Positions 23,174 to 36,514 of a stretch of 64,000 nucleotides of DNA are shown piece after piece. The stretch covers positions 1,116,001 through 1,180,000 of the forward strand of contig OZ286467.1 in assembly GCA_965644265.1 (NCBI GenBank), given 5' to 3'. This DNA is from Glycera tridactyla. Lineage: Eukaryota. The notes under the pieces were generated by a model, which worked only from the letters and a program-made list of their open reading frames with translations, searched no databases and was not told where the DNA came from. A program made the translations under genes and the position numbers. Within the stretch, counting starts at the first letter, position 1. Every line of letters begins with the position of its first letter.

Positions 23174-25023
23174 ACTAACAGGGTTGTGATATTTCCGCAG
23201 ATTTCTGTGTTTAAACTTCAGCACTCACAGAAAGGAGCATTTTATCCTGATTCTTTTGGATTTTAGGTCATGAAAATTGGACCATAATTAGCAGAGATAA
23301 AGCACGGAGTTTATACAGAGATATATTAGCCATTAGTCAGCAGATGTTGTTAGCCGATCACTTCCCTGGACTAACCAGGCTTCACCAGTAACTTTCCTCA
23401 GCTGAGGAATTTATCGACGGCTCAGCACAATACTATGCTAACTCAGTTCTTTGTCCATAGTGAGTTAGCCTAGTATTGCACTGAGCCATCGTTATGGCCA
23501 TTACAAAAACGTTTCAAGTCTCCTCTGACAACTTGTCAGACGAGAACTTGCTTAGTGCTCAGTGCATGGGTGCAGGTGCGGATGGGGTTTTCTGCTGCTA
23601 AACGTGGATCTTGGATGAGAACTGGAGCAAGATTTTATAATTCTTGAATTGCCTTGTATGCCCTCAAATATCAACAGGTGCATCATCGTTCAATACAAAA
23701 TTTGTGTCTCATTACCAGCAAAGACTTGCAGTCCTGCACGAATATTTGAAGACTTACAGTCCTGCAGGGTTGGCCGCTCACTGGCTAGTTATGTATGAGT
23801 CTAGCTCTGATGATGTATCTTCCACCTGCTCATGCAATCATGAATGCATGCATGTAAACACACACACACATTTTTTTTTAGTGATAGAAATCATGTCAGA
23901 GACATATTTCCAGATTGTACTNNNNNNNNNNNNNNNNNNNNNNNNNNNNNNNNNNNNNNNNNNNNNNNNNNNNNNNNNNNNNNNNNNNNNNNNNNNNNNN
24001 NNNNNNNNNNNNNNNNNNNNNNNNNNNNNNNNNNNNNNNNNNNNNNNNNNNNNNNNNNNNNNNNNNNNNNNNNNNNNNNNNNNNNNNNNNNNNNNNNNNN
24101 NNNNNNNNNNNNNNNNNNNNNNNNNNNNNNNNNNNNNNNNNNNNNNNNNNNNNNNNNNNNNNNNNNNNNNNNNNNNNNNNNNNNNNNNNNACGAGTATTA
24201 TATGTGAGAAAAAAACGATTAATGATTACTTTAGCTTTTAGATCATGAAAATTGGACCGATTTTAGTTGGGATAGCCCAGAGTAAGCAGGTGAATCAAGT
24301 TCATCATTGTGCTGGTCTTGAGTGACACATGTATCAACGATGGGTTGGCAGTTATACTGCAGCATAATTGCACATTTTACAGTGACGTAATTTATTTTGG
24401 GGTTAAATGTAGTAAAAATGAAGTCAATCAATGATAGGTGTACCAGACAGATGTTAACCATTACAATTTTGGACTGATGATTACTCATTTTTCAGCCAAA
24501 TTATCAGTATTTTGTGACGGGCATTACTCCCAAAAAATTCAGAATCCTCTTATTCCATCATGGATCATAGATGACAACATCACAAATTCGTTGGCATCTA
24601 CATGTATGTGCAGAGATGCCACCGACTATGCTTTTGAAGGTAGAAACTTCTCTTTTATGGCCCAAATTCTGGCATTTTATGGTTGATGTAACCCTGCAAA
24701 ATCATGATTTTCCTTAATTTTCCATTGCAAATACTGGCACTGCTGCTCTGACATTGGCACCCCTACTATTTTTGCATCATATGTGGAACAGGTTTGATTG
24801 TACACGTAATACTGATAGTGTGGTCCGAAGCAAATTTCAATGTTCTGCCATTAGCTTAGATCGCCATTGGATTTGCTTGCAAATGCTCCATTGTTAGAAC
24901 ATTGTGATTTTTTCAATAAAGGTAATGTGAAGATTATTAGTAGGTGTGTGTCTTTTGTTATACCCGGCTCTTGAAAAAGCGGGGTATTATAGTTGAAATT
25001 TACATTCCTTACAGCTGAATACA

Positions 25024-25188
25024 TACAGTCAAACCTCCCTATAAAGACTGCCTTCGGTCGCACCAAAAAGTGGCCTTTATAGGGAGGTGGTCTTTATAGA
25101 GAGGTCATTTACAGTAGAAAATACTACCACGGTCGCAGTTCAGGGTGGTCTTTATAGGGAGGTGGTCTTTGGAGGAGGTTCGACTGTA
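25024..25188. mobile_element. MITE family 1 copy (duplicated at 31254-31418)
   Basis: tacagtcaaacc ... ggttcgactgta. Confidence 0.78.
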
Positions 25189-25385
25189 GTTAGATATGTC
25201 TTTGTGAGGATCCTCAGGTTCGTGTGAGGTCCATAGAGGTGTGTATGAACTGTTAGCACTCTACTCAACTATCTTTCTGGTTTGCCATCCATTCACATTT
25301 GGGGTTTGTGAGAGTTTCCTGCAGGGGACAGAGCATGCAGCTTCCATATTAGGTCATGACTACACTGAGTACATACTCTGTTGTG

Positions 25386-26875
25386 TTTTTGTCCCCCGCC
25401 GGAATACCGGAAGGGGGACTATAAAATAGTGGGCGTCTGTCCGTCCGTCCGTCCGTCCGTCTGTCTGTCCGTCCGTCCGTCCGTGCGTCCTTTGTCCGTC
25501 CGGTGTCCGTCCGTCCGCCAACTTTGCGGAACCTGTATCTCTGGAACCGCTTCACCGATTTACACCAAATCAAGTTTCCTGGAAGCGTCTTGATGTGTAG
25601 GTGTGCACTGGCATGTTTATTCTGGATTTGGGTATGTGATTGCCTGCCCACGGGCAGGTGAAATGTGAAAAACTTCAGGATGTCATCAGGATTTTGCGGA
25701 ACTCATATCTCCACTATGGCTGCACCGAATCACACCAAATCAAGTTTCCTGGAAGCGTCTCGATATGTAGGTGTGCACTGGCATGTTTATTCTGGAATTG
25801 GGCATGTGATTGCCTGCCCACGGGCAGGTGAATGTAAAAAACTTCAGGATGTCATCAGGATTTTGCGGAACTCATATCTCCACTATGGCTGCACCGATTT
25901 ACACCAAATCAAGTTTCCTGGAAGTGTCTTGATGTGTAGGTGTGCGCTGGCATGTTTATTCTGGATTTGGGCATGTGATTGCCTGCCCACGGGCAGGTGA
26001 AATGTGAAAAACTTCAGGATGTCATCAGGATTTTGCGGAACTCATATCTCCACTATGGCTGCACCAATTCACACCAAATCAAGTTTCCTAGAAGTGCCGT
26101 GATGTGTGGGTGTGCGCTGGCCCATTCATTCTGGGGTCGGCCATGTGATGGGCTGCCCTTGGGCAGGTGAAATGTCTGAATGCCAGGCACTCCCATCCAC
26201 ACTTCGCAGAACTCATATCTCCACAACCGCTCCGCCGATTCACACAAAATAAAGTTTTCCTGAAGCGTCCTGATGTGTAGGTGTGCACTGGTAGATTTAT
26301 TACAGATTTGTACATGCAATGGGCTGCCCATGGGCAGTTGAAATATCTGAAGGACTTCAATATGGCATGCACTCTTATCTGGACTTAATGGAATGCATCT
26401 CTCTAAAACAGCTTCACCGATCCACATCGAATGAACTTTCCCTGAAGTGCCTTGATGTGTAGCTGTGCACTGACATCTTTATCATGGGGTTGGGCAAGTG
26501 ATGGGTAGCATCGGCTGCTGCACCAATCCACACTGAATCAAACTTTCTGGAAGAATCTTTTTGAAGAGCCTCAAACACTTCAGGATGGTATGCGCTGTGC
26601 AGAACCTATGTATTCAAAACAAATGCGCTGATTCATACCAAATCTTATCTTATTGATCTTTCTCATTGGTCATATGTGCACTGGCACATTCATTCTGGGT
26701 TTGGGCAAGTGCTGGGCTGCCCATGGGCATACTTTAAACACTCCATAATGGCATGCACATTGTCGACCCCATATGAAGAAAACCAACACATTTTTTCTGC
26801 ACAGTTCAGGAAGCAGAGGTGCTCACTGTAATAGTCCCACATCGGCGGGGGACCCCGCATCACTGATGCCTTGTT
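25386..26875 (+). mobile_element. Helentron-associated non-autonomous element (HINE/DINE-1-like)
   Basis: 5' subterminal TCCCCCGCCG (25392) is the inverse of CGGCGGGGGA (26843). (CCGT)n microsatellite, ~170-bp internal tandem repeats, 3' hairpin GCATCA-C-TGATGC, T-rich junctions. Absent from the second copy of the segment (~31610-31625). Confidence 0.78.
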
Positions 26876-26905
26876 GATACAAGCTCTTGTCCCTGACTCA
26901 TGACC

Positions 26906-26944
<39 letters not shown>

Positions 26945-26976
26945 CCTGTGATCAGTGGACTTCCATTCATGGGAGC

Positions 26977-27122
26977 TACAGTCAACCCCCTCTATAAAGA
27001 CCACCTTCCGTTGCATAAAAAGTGGCTTTTATAGGGAGGTGGTCTTAATAGAGAGGTCATTTACTGTTGAAAATACTACCATGGTCACTGCTCAAGGTGG
27101 TCTTTAGAGCAGGTTGGACTGT
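26977..27122. mobile_element. MITE family 1 copy (duplicated at ~31708-31852)
   Basis: tacagtcaacccc ... ggttggactgt. Confidence 0.65.
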
Positions 27123-27790
27123 GTGTAAATCATTTGAATTATGTGAGGGTAACAGGGCTAGTATTGAAGGCAGAGAATTATGCGTGCAGTGTGTCCTGAT
27201 CAATCAAAGCTAGATTATCTTGTCACCTGGTGGCATCTCTCACACAAACCCTGAACGCAAGATGATGGGAAACTGATGCAAGTAAAATTGTTTTTGGATA
27301 AGTCAGTGATGAAAGATCTCAGATAATTATTGAAAATCAGATATTTGGCACCGATAGCCCACATTATCAGATATTTTGTTCATAATGAAAATTTTGCATG
27401 GGACAAAGACTGATTTCATTTATTTTTCATGATAGCAACTTCCATCCCTGATAAGTGAATAACCATACCCACCAGTTTGTTCTGAAATGAGGGAGATCTG
27501 TCCATCTGTCCTCAACACAAGTTTGATCTTGTATTTATCACATGATCACCTAAAATAATAAAGGAACAATAAAGGTGTTGTATACAGTCAAATATGTCGT
27601 AAGCAGCCACCCCTTCGGGAAGGCAAAATGTATCCACTTAGGGCGGGTGAATAGTGGAAAACCTCCAGTGGTAAATTCAAAAGTGGCTGTCTAGGGCAGA
27701 TTCGATTGTATCATATGATATCCACCATTTTAGATGTGATGAAGGAAACAAGTCTGAACCCAGCCTCTCAAAATGTGGCTGTTCCGTGAG

Positions 27791-29325
27791 CATGGCTTCA
27801 GATCTGGACACTCCACTGTGGGATGCACAGCTGAACTAGTTGATCATTTATACCTCAGTTTGGATAATAATAATGTCACCGGCCTTGTATTTTTAGATCT
27901 AAAGAAGGCCTTTGACACTGTCGACCATCATCTAACGTCACAGAAACTGAAGAAATATGGGGTGGTCGGCAGTGCAAATTCTTGGCTTAGAAACTATTTG
28001 TCAAATCGCTCTCAACGCACAGTCTATCGTGGAGTGTCATCCGAAGTCATGGGCATCTCTTGTGGTGTTCCCCAGGGATCCATCCTTGGTCCCCTTCTTT
28101 TTATTATTTATATCAATGATCTCCCCACTGTTGTCAGAAACTCACAGGTCCTTTTATATGCTGATGACACTGTTATTTTCTATACAGGAGCTAGTGTTAA
28201 TGAGGTCAAGGATTCTCTTCAGGAGGACCTAAACTCTATTGAATTTTGGCTGAATAAAAATAAGCTCTTTTTAAATGTCCAGAAAACGAAATCTATGGTA
28301 ATCAGTAATCATTACTTCAGAGGACATACTGGGCTTCAGTTGTCAATGTCGAGAGAGCCTATTGAACAGGTCGATACCTTTAAATACCTGGGAGTTATAC
28401 TGGACGATAAGTTAAGATTTGTTGCTCATACTGATCATATTTGTAAAAAAAGCAGAAGAAAGATTGGCCTCCTTGGAAGGGTACGAAATTACATGACCCA
28501 GAACACTAGCCTGTTGTTATATAAATCCTTGATATCTCCCTTGTTTGATTATTGTGACATAATTTATTCCCAATCAACTCAAGACAACCTATTACGTATA
28601 CAGAGACTCCAGAATAGATGTTGCAGGATTATATTAAGGAAACCCTTCAGAACTCCTACTATAGACATGCATGTTGAGCTGGGTTTGAATATGTTAACTG
28701 ACCGTAGGGACCTGCACAGGAAGGTATTTATGTACAAACTTGTCACTCATAAGATTGATTCCCACTACTATGCAGCGCGATTGCTCAGTTTAGACTACCA
28801 GCATGGTAGAGAGACTAGATCAAGGGTACAAGGAAATCTCATCGTTCCTAGAACTAGAACTAACCAGGGAGAGAAGGCGTTATCTGTATATGGAGCAAAA
28901 CTGTGGAATTCTTTAGATACAGAAATAAGAAATCTGCCTTCTGCTGGATCATTCAAGAAAGCTTGTGTATCTACCTTATCTACTGGAAATTGACTAAGTA
29001 ATGTGAACACTCAGGAATAGAGTCTTTGTTGATCTATGCTGTAATACCATGCTATGATACTTGCCTATCAAGAAACTGTGATGTAATCTTAGTAATAACA
29101 TGCCTTTCAACTACCCTTCATTCAATAACCAGATCTCGCAATATTATTGGATGTTAATAGATAAACCATGTGTTTCTAATCTTGAGCCATCAGAACCCAG
29201 GTTACAGTGTTAGAGTAGGCCATATGGCCTAATGGTGAATTACTTGATGATATGTACCTTTGTTACTTCTTCAACTGTTACCACCTGGTTAAATAAAGTT
29301 TTGTCTATTGTCTATTGTCTATTGT
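27791..29325 (+). mobile_element. 5'-truncated non-LTR retrotransposon (CR1/L2-like LINE) with uninterrupted RT frame to 28993
   Basis: RT motifs HGFRSGHST, LDLKKAFDTVDH, GVPQGSILGPLLFIIYINDL, YADDT. 3' UTR with AATAAA (~29292) and (GTCTATT)3 tail. The empty site ccgtgagcaatgtg is present in the second copy of the segment (~32515-32530). Confidence 0.93.
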
Positions 29326-32300
29326 CAATGTGCTTAGCCTGCTCGTTTGACATGTGACAGTAGGAAGATGGTTCCACCAGGTGTCACTATGTGGCAGACT
29401 TCAAGCTAGTTGATGTTCCAAACAGAACATATCAGCTCTCTCTCCCTGATTGGGATTATTTCAACATCATAAATCAAACAGCATTTCTAGTACTGTTATG
29501 GTTTTTTGGCTCATCATACGGTGCAAAAAGATGGTTCGTGTCCAGGTGACAGCTGATGAAATCCACCTGCCTGCTTCAAAATTCAGCCTGTCTTCAATGA
29601 ATATCCTGTCAAGCCATTGTCATAATAATGAAACTCAACACCTGTTAGTGAATGGCTCCAAGGAGGTCAGAAATTACTCAAAAAATATGTAACAGATGGC
29701 ACTTGGTTGGACGGCTGCAGGGTATGTCCTAGGAATATGCTGTCCGATGCGAAAACACCACTGCAAAACTACCCTTCTTTGAGCTGCTGATAGAATGGTT
29801 GCCATGGCTTTAATCTTGGTATCTTCTGAACTTGTTTTGAGCATAGCAAGTACTTTCTGCATTTGCTGGGGATATCCCGGGCATGTGTGTCTCGAGACAT
29901 GCACAAGTACCAATACTAACACACATATAAGTACTAGCACACACATCTTAGGATGCCTCTGAACACACACACACACACATGCACACAAACATACACATGC
30001 ACAAGTACCGATACTCACACACTTATAAGTACTAGCACACACATCTTAGGGTGCCTTTAAAANNNNNNNNNNNNNNNNNNNNNNNNNNNNNNNNNNNNNN
30101 NNNNNNNNNNNNNNNNNNNNNNNNNNNNNNNNNNNNNNNNNNNNNNNNNNNNNNNNNNNNNNNNNNNNNNNNNNNNNNNNNNNNNNNNNNNNNNNNNNNN
30201 NNNNNNNNNNNNNNNNNNNNNNNNNNNNNNNNNNNNNNNNNNNNNNNNNNNNNNNNNNNNNNNNNNNNNNNNNNNNNNNNNNNNNNNNNNNNNNNNNNNN
30301 NNNNNNNNNNNNNNNNNNNNNNNNNNNNNNNNNNNNNNNNNNNNNNNNNNNNNNNNNNNNNNNNNNNNNNNNNNNNNNNNNNNNNNNNNNNNNNNNNNNN
30401 NNNNNNNNNNNNNNNNNNNTACGAGTATTATATGTGAGAAAAAAACGATTAATGATTACTTTAGCTTTTAGATCATGAAAATTGGACCGATTTTAGTTGG
30501 GATAGCCCAGAGTAAGCAGGTGAATCAAGTTCATCATTGTGCTGGTCTTGAGTGACACATGTATCAACGATGGGTTGGCAGTTATACTGCAGCATAATTG
30601 CACATTTTACAGTGACGTAATTTATTTTGGGGTTAAATGTAGTAAAAATGAAGTCAATCAATGATAGGTGTACCAGACAGATGTTAACCATTACAATTTT
30701 GGACTGATGATTACTCATTTTTCAGCCAAATTATCAGTATTTTGTGACGGGCATTACTCCCAAAAAATTCAGAATCCTCTTATTCCATCATGGATCATAG
30801 ATGACAACATCACAAATTCGTTGGCATCTACATGTATGTGCAGAGATGCCACCGACTATGCTTTTGAAGGTAGAAACTTCTCTTTTATGGCCCAAATTCT
30901 GGCATTTTATGGTTGATGTAACCCTGCAAAATCATGATTTTCCTTAATTTTCCATTGCAAATACTGGCACTGCTGCTCTGACATTGGCACCCCTACTATT
31001 TTTGCATCATATGTGGAACAGGTTTGATTGTACACGTAATACTGATAGTGTGGTCCGAAGCAAATTTCAATGTTCTGCCGTTAGCTTAGATCGCCATTGG
31101 ATTTGCTTGCAAATGCTCCATTGTTAGAACATTGTGATTTTTTCAATAAAGGTAATGTGAAGATTATTAGTAGGTGTGTGTCTTTTGTTATACCCGGCTC
31201 TTGAAAAAGCGGGGTATTATAGTTGAAATTTACATTCCTTACAGCCGATTACATACAGTCAAACCTCCCTATAAAGACTGCCTTCGGTCGCACCAAAAAG
31301 TGGCCTTTATAGGGAGGTGGTCTTTATAGAGAGGTCATTTACAGTAGAAAATACTACCACGGTCGCAGTTCAGGGTGGTCTTTATAGGGAGGTGGTCTTT
31401 AGAGGAGGTTCGACTGTAGTTAGATATGTCATTGTGAGGATCCTCAGGTTCGTGTGAAGTCCATAGAGGTGTGTATGAACTGTTAGCAATCTACTCAACT
31501 ATCTTTCTGGTTTGCCATCCGTTCACATTTGGGGTTTGTGAGAGTGTTTACAGCAGGGGACAGAGCATGCTGCTTCCATATTAGGTCATGACTACACTGA
31601 GTACATACTCTGTTGTGGTGTTGATACACCCTCTTGACCTTGACTCGTGACCTTCAATCAATCAATCAATCAATCCCTGTGATCAGTGGAAGTCCCATTC
31701 ATGGGAGGTAGTTGAACCTCTCTATAAAGACCGCCTTCGGTTGCATAAAAAGTGGGCTTTAAAGAGAGGTGGTCTTCGTAGAGCAGTCATTTATTGTTGG
31801 AAACACTACCATGGTCACTGCTCAAGGTGGTCTTTAGGGCAGGTTGGACTGTGTGTAAATCATTTGAATTATGTGAGGGTAACAGGGCTAGTATTGAAGG
31901 CAGAGAATTATGCGTGCAGTGTGTCCTGATCAATCAAAGCTAGATTATCTTGTCACCTGGTGGCATCTCTCACACAAACCCTGAACGCAAGATGATGGGA
32001 AACTGATGCAAGTAAAATTGTTTTTGGATAAGTCAGTGATGAAAGATCTCAGATAATTATTGAAAATCAGATATTTGGCACCGATAGCCCACATTATCAG
32101 ATATTTTGTTCATAATGAAAATTTTGCATGGGACAAAGACTGATTTCATTTATTTTTCATGATAGCAACTTCCATCCCTGATTAGTGAATAACCATACCC
32201 ACCAGTTTGTTCTGAAATGAGGGAGATCTGTCCATCTGTCCTCAACACAAGTTTGATCTTGTATTTATCACATGATCACCTAAAATAATAAAGGAACAAT

Positions 32301-33156
32301 AAAGGTGTTGTATACAGTCAAATATGTCGTAAGCAGCCACCCCTTCGGGAAGGCAAAATGTATCCACTTAAGGCAGGTGAATAGTGGAAAACCTCCAGTG
32401 GTAAATTCAAAAGTGGCTGTCTAGGGCAGATTAGATTGTATCATATGATATCCACCATTTTAGATGTGATGAAGGAAACAAGTCTGAACCCAGCCTCTCA
32501 AAATGTGGCTGTTCCGTGAGCAATGTGCTTAGCCTGCTCGTTTGACATGTGACAGTAGGTGGATGGTTCCACCAGGTGTCACTATGTGGCAGACTTCAAG
32601 CTAGTTGATGTTCCAAACAGAACGTATCAGCTCTCTCTCCCTGATTGGGATTATTTCAACATCATAAATCAAACAGCATTTCTAGTACTGTTATGGTTTT
32701 TTGGCTCATCATACGGTGCAAAAAGATGGTTCGTGTCCAGGTGACAGCTGATGAAATCCACCTGCCTGCTTCAAAATTCAGCCTGTCTTCAATAAATATC
32801 CTGTCAAGCCATTGTCATAGTGATGGAACTCAACACCTGTTAGTGAATGGCTCCAAGGAGGTCAGAAATTACTCAAAAAATATGTAACAGATGGCACTTG
32901 GTTGGACGACTGCAGGGTATGTCCTAGGAATATGCTGTCCGATGCGAAAACACCACAGCAAAACTACCCTTCTTTGGGCTGCTGATAGAATGGTTGCCAT
33001 GGCTTTAATCTTGGTATCTTCTGAACTTGTTTTGAGCATAGCAAGAACTTTCTGCATTTGCTGGGGATATCCCGGGCATGTGTGTCTCGAGACATGCACA
33101 AGTACCGATACTAACACACATATAAGTACTAGCACACACATCTTAGGATGCCTCTG

Positions 33157-33192
<36 letters not shown>

Positions 33193-34151
33193 CACACAAA
33201 CATACACATGCACAAGTACCAATACTCACACACTTATAAGTACTAGCACACACATCTTAGGGTGCCTTTAAAAGTTANNNNNNNNNNNNNNNNNNNNNNN
33301 NNNNNNNNNNNNNNNNNNNNNNNNNNNNNNNNNNNNNNNNNNNNNNNNNNNNNNNNNNNNNNNNNNNNNNNNNNNNNNNNNNNNNNNNNNNNNNNNNNNN
33401 NNNNNNNNNNNNNNNNNNNNNNNNNNNNNNNNNNNNNNNNNNNNNNNNNNNNNNNNNNNNNNNNNNNNNNNNNNNNNNNNNNNNNNNNNNNNNNNNNNNN
33501 NNNNNNNNNNNNNNNNNNNNNNNNNNNNNNNNNNNNNNNNNNNNNNNNNNNNNNNNNNNNNNNNNNNNNNNNNNNNNNNNNNNNNNNNNNNNNNNNNNNN
33601 NNNNNNNNNNNNNNNNNNNNNNNNNNNNNNNNNNNNNNNNNNNNNNNNTAAGGGACAAGTGTTAGGTATATGGCCAGGTGTCTATCCCAGCACCTCTAAG
33701 CCCATCTCCCCTGTACCCTCACAATTTCATCCCCTGGAATGGCTAATTAAGATAGGTACGATGTTGGAGTAGCTGGTTTCAATTATATCAAGCATGAATT
33801 TGTTTTGAAGATAAAACAAAACTGGTTTCTTGAACTTTCTTCACTTTTACCATCATGTGAGATTGATTACAAGTTTGTTATTGTACATGAGTTACAGGAC
33901 GGTTAGAACGATTAAGAAAGAAAATTTCAAATTTGGACCACTCCCTCCATTCAGAAATACCTATCGCTGTTTTTGGAATGACCCCTCATGCTCTGTGCAT
34001 GCTAATTTGTGTTTTTCAAACTGATTAGCTATTTCTGATGAATGTTTGCTACTTGTACATGAAGGCAGAATGAATTTCAGCACAATATAAGCGATATTCC
34101 ACGGAAAGTTAAATTCATCCAAGTAACGGGTGTGTCTGTGTCTGTTTTCAG

Positions 34152-35138
34152 TTACCAGGCGCGTCGTCGGCGTATAAACGCGGGTACCTGATGGCACTAG
34201 CAGTGCTTGGACTCAATCCAAATGCGGCCGGACTCGGTAGCCCAGCTTCGCCTTTAGACGCGGCAAATATTTCGACCGCAGTCAGCGGTCAGTCATCGCC
34301 AGTTGACCCGGAACAAGTTAGAAGCATCAGCCCGACCATTCTAAAGCTGCGCGAGCAACTGCAGAGTAGGTTAGGAATGGCGAGACCTGGCGGTGGCAAC
34401 TTGAGTGTCATCAGAGAAACACCTAAATTCACGAAGGAATTAAGTTCCTCAAAGGTATTGGGGACGGTACACAATGTTACTGAGGGGAGCTCGAAAGGTA
34501 AAGAAGATGAAGCAGAGGTTGCAGGTATATATTCTGATTCAAGGGTAGGGAAACCTGAAGCGCAGAAGGTGCGTAAGCCGGAGGAGAGCAAAGATAAGGC
34601 ATCGAGTTCGCTTACTCCTCATAAACCACCAGAGTTGGTCACCAAGGAAGGTGCTGTTGAGTCGGATGATGGGCAGAGTACAGTGGAATCGCTATCTACC
34701 CGAGCGGGATTCAACACCCGCAAGACGGCATTCACTAGGCCTGCAACACTCAATATCTCCCCGCGTACATCTGCTCCGAGATTGCCATTGAAAGCACGCA
34801 AAATTCTTGCTGGACATCCAGAATCAGGAGCTATAGTTGATTCAGAAGGTGCATTAAATCTTGTTATGAAATCTCCAGGAGGTAAGGAAATGGTTGCTGC
34901 AAAAGCTGGGCCTGCCCAATCATCGCGGGCGAAGGCGACTGAATCTGGAATAGATGATGCTGCGGCTGGCGGTTCAGATGCCGCAGTCAAGTCGGAAAAC
35001 ATTGCAGCGAGTCCAGTTGTTGAAAACCCTGTACCGGAAATGTCACCTGTATATTGCTATCGATGTCACTATTGTAATCTCGGGTTTCTGAATGACGTCT
35101 TGCTGAAGGAGCATCAGAAGGAGTCTCATGATGCGTAA
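34152..35138 (+). CDS. Variable terminal exon V12: long low-complexity region with a single C-terminal C2H2 finger
   Basis: Acceptor gtgtctgttttcag ends at 34151, phase 0 (LPGASSAYKRGYLM...). Ends YRCHYCNLGFLNDVLLKEHQKESHDA; open frame of 328 codons before the stop. Confidence 0.82.
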   Translation, partial: LPGASSAYKRGYLMALAVLGLNPNAAGLGSPASPLDAANISTAVSGQSSPVDPEQVRSISPTILKLREQLQSRLGMARPGGGNLSVIRETPKFTKELSSSKVLGTVHNVTEGSSKGKEDEAEVAGIYSDSRVGKPEAQKVRKPEESKDKASSSLTPHKPPELVTKEGAVESDDGQSTVESLSTRAGFNTRKTAFTRPATLNISPRTSAPRLPLKARKILAGHPESGAIVDSEGALNLVMKSPGGKEMVAAKAGPAQSSRAKATESGIDDAAAGGSDAAVKSENIAASPVVENPVPEMSPVYCYRCHYCNLGFLNDVLLKEHQKESHDA

Positions 35139-36318
35139 ATGACGTTATGTATGACGTCATATCGAGGAATGATTATAAATGGATAATTTAGTATGACTTT
35201 CCATGGCGAGAAGAGATAGCCACCTACCTGCCCAGGGCAGTTAAATTTTACAGGTGGGCAGGTGGAAAATGATCATGAATGACTTGCATGTGTAACCAGG
35301 GCAGGTGGATTATCCGGGGGGGGGGGCGGTGGATTTTCGTGATGTCTTCTCGGCAGGATTTACGTGAAAAAAACTTGGTTGTGATTTGAATATGACTTTG
35401 TGCCAATCGCCAAAGTTTTGTGACAGATATGATAATCAGACCGTGAAACAAACATGTATTTCTTATAAAATCTGGCGGTGTGACTCACGGTGACCATCAC
35501 GCCTCTGTAAATGTGTTTTTGTACTCGACGGGGGAAAGAAGTAGTCTTTGATCTTCCCCTGAAGAGTATAAATAAAGTTTTCAAATTCAAACCTCTCATA
35601 TCGCCTACAGTGTGTAGATGACGATTTGTCAGCTCAATTCTGATTGGTCTGTAGAAATGGAACTATTTGATTTCAGCCAATCAGTGTGTATGCTTTAACC
35701 CTCTAACCCTCAAACTGCCTGATCAAAGTTTTTACCTTTCTCCCTCAAACCGCCATAATCCATGAACCTCTGACCATGACCCATGTGATTGGCACAAAAC
35801 CTCAGTGATGCTCGTGTGACATGAAACTAACAACTGATCTTGATTTCATATATTTTCACCTCCTGTGGGTGACTTGTCAGGAAGCATCTTTAATGATCTT
35901 TAACCATCCAATCTATGAAATGTATATGATTGAGGTGTATTCGGATATATATCTGGGATTTTGCTGCACAGTCATATAAAACCACATTTTAATTGGAGGG
36001 GGTCAAGGGGCAGAATGGTTGGCCTGCTGTGTCCCCTACAGGAGCTAAAGTCAGATGTAAATTTTTTGAATTATTCTTGAAGTTGAATATCTGGCAGTCC
36101 AGGTATTTTGTGTTGTATGTATTACAGATTGACGCCAGAACATAGTCCTGGGGCATACTTCAATGTACTGCATATATTTTATCTTGCCTATCACTGCAAA
36201 TAAATAGCTACAGGTTTGAATTTATGTCAAATGTCTCAAGGTTGATTATTTCCATATCGATCATGTTGAAATGCGTTCACAGATTTCTCAACTCTCAGGG
36301 GGTCGGTATAATGTCCAG

Positions 36319-36514
36319 AGTCCCTATAGTAGAGCTGGGACGAAATACATTAGTCATGAAACAAAACATTTCTAGAAACACGCCTTGCAAAATGAACGAC
36401 AAGACGGAATGCCATGCATCCCTTCTTCAGGAGTCTGGCACGGTCCTGAAAGTGTTTCTAGAAATGTTTTGTTTTGTGACTAATGTGTCTGATCCCAGCT
36501 CTACTATAGGGACT
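36319..36514. mobile_element. Long-TIR fold-back element
   Basis: ~63-bp arms 36319-36381 and 36452-36514 are near-perfect reverse complements around a ~70-nt spacer. Confidence 0.65.

Larger units (their letters stand above)
24191..33277 (+). repeat. Gap-bounded segment present twice (24191-30062 and 30420-33277)
   Basis: Both copies start acgagtattatatgtgagaaaaaaacg right after an N-gap and end cacacatcttagggtgcctttaaaa before the next gap; near-identical apart from the LINE and HINE insertions in copy 1. Confidence 0.9.

Noticed and set aside
23644-33658. ORFs containing X runs, and duplicate ORFs (24243/30473, 24438/30668, 29450/32645)
   Set aside because: Artefacts of N-gaps and of the duplicated segment; no domain features.
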